Part shown: positions 61,253 through 64,000 of the stretch, one piece after another | Position numbering within the stretch: position 1 is the first letter of the stretch | How the letters are laid out: every line of letters begins with the position of its first letter | Assembly (NCBI GenBank): GCA_038245785.1 | Contig: JBBRSB010000007.1 | Span: forward strand, 1-64,000 | Source: Gloeobacterales cyanobacterium | GTDB lineage: Bacteria; Cyanobacteriota; Cyanobacteriia; Gloeobacterales; PMM-0068 | Direction of reading: 5' to 3' | Length of the DNA: 64,000 nucleotides | Position numbers and translations under genes: made by a program | The notes under the pieces: generated by a model | Databases searched by the model: none | The model's input: the letters and a program-made list of their open reading frames with translations, nothing else | What the model was told of the DNA's origin: nothing

Positions 61253-62977
61253 CTAAATTCCAAGAGGATTAGGCTGAGTCCCCGGCAGTGCCACTAGGTT
61301 TTGGCTTAGGGGGTCACTGTTGGGTATCCCTAGACTTTCGCTACCTGTGCCCAAGCCCTGCTGCCAGTTAAGGGAAGAAAGCGTGTTGGCCGTAACGCTA
61401 GCATCACTGCCAAAATCTTCCACTACCCCTGTAACGCGAGCGTCCCGTGGTCTAGCGAGCAGGAGCTGGCCCCCTTCGACATAGCTGCCGTTGAGCCCAG
61501 CCTTGCCTGTGACGGTGTGAGCCTGAACAGCAAACAGGTAAGAAGTATCGTCTGCTTCGATAATTCCAGAAGTTTCCCATTCACCGCGTGCAGGGCCATT
61601 GAACTGTTTTCCTGCCGCGTTTTCATCAATCTCGATAATACGAGTAAGCGCCCCGGTAGCGATTTCATAGCGCCAGATAGAACCCTCGCGGCCTTCGGCG
61701 GCTAGGAGTTCACCTCCGAAAGCGGTTTCATCTTCCTGAAACAGAACATTCCCTGCCCGGTCTACCAGGACGTTGTCATAGCTGACACCCGTGCCGGGTC
61801 CCCCTTTGAGTACCAGCTCAAAATTATCGATCGAGCCCGTGGGGTCATGGGGATTAAGACTGAAACGATAGAGCCGACCGTAAGGATTTTCAGCCTCACT
61901 GGCAACTTTGGCATCATCGGTAGTGTCCCTGGGGTTACCGCCTAATTTCTCCTTGGTCCCCGTGGTGTTGAAATAAAAAGTTCCAGGATTACTGGGGTCT
62001 TCGGCAATGTCCTCAAGACGCTGGAAATTGGTGGATTTCCCAGCAGCATTAACGAACGTACTCAAGGCATCGCCGGTTGCCAGAGGTTTACCATCTGGAC
62101 CAAATACAGCCGATTTATCAACCTTGACCCATTGAGCAGATTTGGGAATCCCTTTATCAATTTGTCCTTCAAAATCTATCCCATCGACTCGGAGCGCGTA
62201 CAAATCACCGTTCTTGAAACCATTGGGGTCGTCTGCTGTCTTGGTCCCCACCCACATGTAGAGTTCGCCATCGGCATTGTCTTCAGTGGATAGCAGCACC
62301 GTCTTATCCGCATTGGTAGCCCGATATTGGCTAGCAGCAAGCACATTCTCTTTGGCAAAACGGCCCAGGCCCTCTAGGGCTTGGGCTGTACCATCGGGGG
62401 TAATGGCCCATCCTCGGCTCTTGGAGTCCGTTTCTTCTGCAGTGAAGAATACTGGAACCTCCTCACCGCTGGCATCAACAAAGCCATTTTGGGCGAGATA
62501 AGCGGAGCAGAAGCGCGTAAAGCTTAAAGCGGACCCTCCTGGACCAACATACTGTCCACTTTTCGTATCTAAAGAATAGGTTCCGGTGCTGTCTACAGCC
62601 CGTTCGATCAAGTTCTTACCGCCTATGGCGTTCCAGTCTTCATCAAAAACCAGGAGCGATACGCGGGCTCCCTGAATTTGACCCGGAACCGTGCTTGAAA
62701 TATCACTGGTAGTAGGAGCCCCGGAGCTGTTCACCGCCGAAATTTCATGATTTAAAAAAACGTAGTTAAAACCATTAGCTTTATAAACGCCCATGCCGTC
62801 AGGAATCCCAGCCAGAGCATAGGTTTTTGTCGCACTAACGGTAGGGTTCGACAAGTCACCTTCAAGCAGAGGGACTTCATCGCCGACTGTGAGCAATGGA
62901 GTTAAATCAAAACCATCACCATCTGCAGTACTCGTAGTGTAGGGAGCCGCAGTAGACTTACCGTTAACGACAGCCAT
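61253..62977 (-). CDS. PhoX-like phosphatase (DUF839-like)
   Basis: GIPDGMG, FLNHE, RFCS, GRFAKEN, RLED, DNV...QED, WETSG, VQAH, EGGQL. Confidence 0.75.
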   Translation of the reverse strand: MAVVNGKSTAAPYTTSTADGDGFDLTPLLTVGDEVPLLEGDLSNPTVSATKTYALAGIPDGMGVYKANGFNYVFLNHEISAVNSSGAPTTSDISSTVPGQIQGARVSLLVFDEDWNAIGGKNLIERAVDSTGTYSLDTKSGQYVGPGGSALSFTRFCSAYLAQNGFVDASGEEVPVFFTAEETDSKSRGWAITPDGTAQALEGLGRFAKENVLAASQYRATNADKTVLLSTEDNADGELYMWVGTKTADDPNGFKNGDLYALRVDGIDFEGQIDKGIPKSAQWVKVDKSAVFGPDGKPLATGDALSTFVNAAGKSTNFQRLEDIAEDPSNPGTFYFNTTGTKEKLGGNPRDTTDDAKVASEAENPYGRLYRFSLNPHDPTGSIDNFELVLKGGPGTGVSYDNVLVDRAGNVLFQEDETAFGGELLAAEGREGSIWRYEIATGALTRIIEIDENAAGKQFNGPARGEWETSGIIEADDTSYLFAVQAHTVTGKAGLNGSYVEGGQLLLARPRDARVTGVVEDFGSDASVTANTLSSLNWQQGLGTGSESLGIPNSDPLSQNLVALPGTQPNPLGI

Positions 62978-63059
62978 ACAATTTCATCTCCAATATTTCT
63001 GTTTGCTTATTTAATTGAGAAGAAGAGCTCACCTTGCCAAGAGGTAGCGTCTCACCCCA

Positions 63060-63089
63060 TGGTTAAGGCAAGGCTATTTAAACTTTAAG
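63060..63089 (-). promoter_or_regulatory. Candidate SphR/PhoB Pho box
   Basis: Minus strand: CTTAAAGT-3nt-AATAGCCT-3nt-CTTAACCA, 11-bp period, upstream of the phosphatase cluster. Confidence 0.5.
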
Positions 63090-63149
63090 AAGCCAATAAG
63101 AAGTAGCTAAATTTTTTATGAAATAAAAAAGCCTTAAAAGTTAAAATCT

Positions 63150-63290
63150 CCCCTCTAGCCCCCCTGCCCCCCAACTTTGGGGGGTTCTGACTCAAAGTCC
63201 CCCTTAGCTTGCTTCTCGTTGGCGTTCGCGTAGCGTCTCTGTAAGAGACAGCCTGCCGGAGGCACAGAGTAAGTTGGGGGATTAGGGAGC
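63150..63290. repeat. Double-hairpin repeat with nested small dispersed repeats
   Basis: Inverse of 41335-41405, interrupted by GGCGTTCGCGTAGCGTCTCTGTAAGAGA and GCCTGCCGGAGGCAC. Confidence 0.7.
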
Positions 63291-63341
63291 GCATACTAGC
63301 AATGCTGCTGAGAGCTTAAAGTTACTTTTTTGCTAGGGGAG

Positions 63342-64000
63342 CTACTCCTGTACCAACACCATTTCTCTCCTCCGTCTTTCTGCTTCCAAATAGACGAGAA
63401 GAGCATTGACATCGGCTGGATTCACTCCACCAATGCGACTTGCTTGACCAATCGTTTGAGGGCGAATTTTAGTTAGCTTTTCGCGGGATTCTTTGGAGAG
63501 AAATTCTAGTTTTTGGTAATCTAAAGTATAGGGAATTTTCTGATTAGCATGTTTACTTAATTGTTCAATCTGGCGATTTTGGCGGTTAATATAGCCTTCA
63601 TACTTAATAGCAATTTCCGCTCCTTCTCGGATCGCTTGGTCTAGCCCAGGCAGGCTGTACCATTCTTGGGGAGTCGAAAGGCCAGAGGCTTCTAAGATTT
63701 CGTAGTGCACTCCAGGGCGGCGCAAGAGATCCGCTAAAGACATCCCCGGCTTGAATCCTTCTTTGGTCATTTCTGTGAATTTTTGACCAGCGATCGATTG
63801 ATCCTGGACCCGGATGGTCTGTAAGCGCTGGATTTCCTCGCCAATGGACCGATATTTATCCGTGAACAACTGCCAACGGCGGTCATCAATCAGACCAATC
63901 TCATGACCGATGGGCGTTAAGCGCTGGTCCGCATTATCGGAACGGAGAACCAAACGGTATTCTGAACGAGAAGTAAGCATCCGGTATGGTTCACGGATTT
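63342..64000 (-). CDS. mnmG: tRNA uridine modification enzyme MnmG (3' part)
   Basis: EPYRMLTSRSEYRL.LR.DNAD.RL, IKYEGYI, IGQASRIGGVNPAD. Confidence 0.96.
   Translation of the reverse strand, partial: IREPYRMLTSRSEYRLVLRSDNADQRLTPIGHEIGLIDDRRWQLFTDKYRSIGEEIQRLQTIRVQDQSIAGQKFTEMTKEGFKPGMSLADLLRRPGVHYEILEASGLSTPQEWYSLPGLDQAIREGAEIAIKYEGYINRQNRQIEQLSKHANQKIPYTLDYQKLEFLSKESREKLTKIRPQTIGQASRIGGVNPADVNALLVYLEAERRRREMVLVQE

Overview
Cyanobacterial chromosomal window, judged from the phycobiliprotein lyase, pentapeptide-repeat protein, Uma2 proteins and cyanobacterial-type IS ends and small repeats. 1-7.3 kb: decayed IS5/IS701/IS982 elements, a small cationic Cys-repeat secreted protein, a Crp pseudogene, and a polymorphic-toxin-like gene lying between hlyD and a displaced copy of the hlyD 3' end. 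7.4-17.5 kb: cbiB, an MNT/HEPN pair, two Uma2 genes, an ALDH-aminotransferase-DUF1338 cluster and a P-type ATPase. 17.5-30.5 kb: a minus-strand array of TA and defence genes separated by recurring attC-like hairpins (integron cassette array, no integrase visible). It contains an IS621-like IS110 element whose bridge-RNA guides, donor, target, junction promoter, a nearby empty site and an internal copy of its own target can all be read from the sequence. 30.5-42.3 kb: mostly core genes plus a plasmid-partition-like remnant. 42.5-51.6 kb: a second, plus-strand TA/defence array. 51.6-63 kb: three secreted phosphatases with a PPIase and type I secretion system behind a candidate Pho box, then the mnmG 3' end. 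A small-protein plus retropepsin-like protease pair occurs in both arrays and is a candidate TA-like module. All family calls are from motif recognition by eye; no database search was run.
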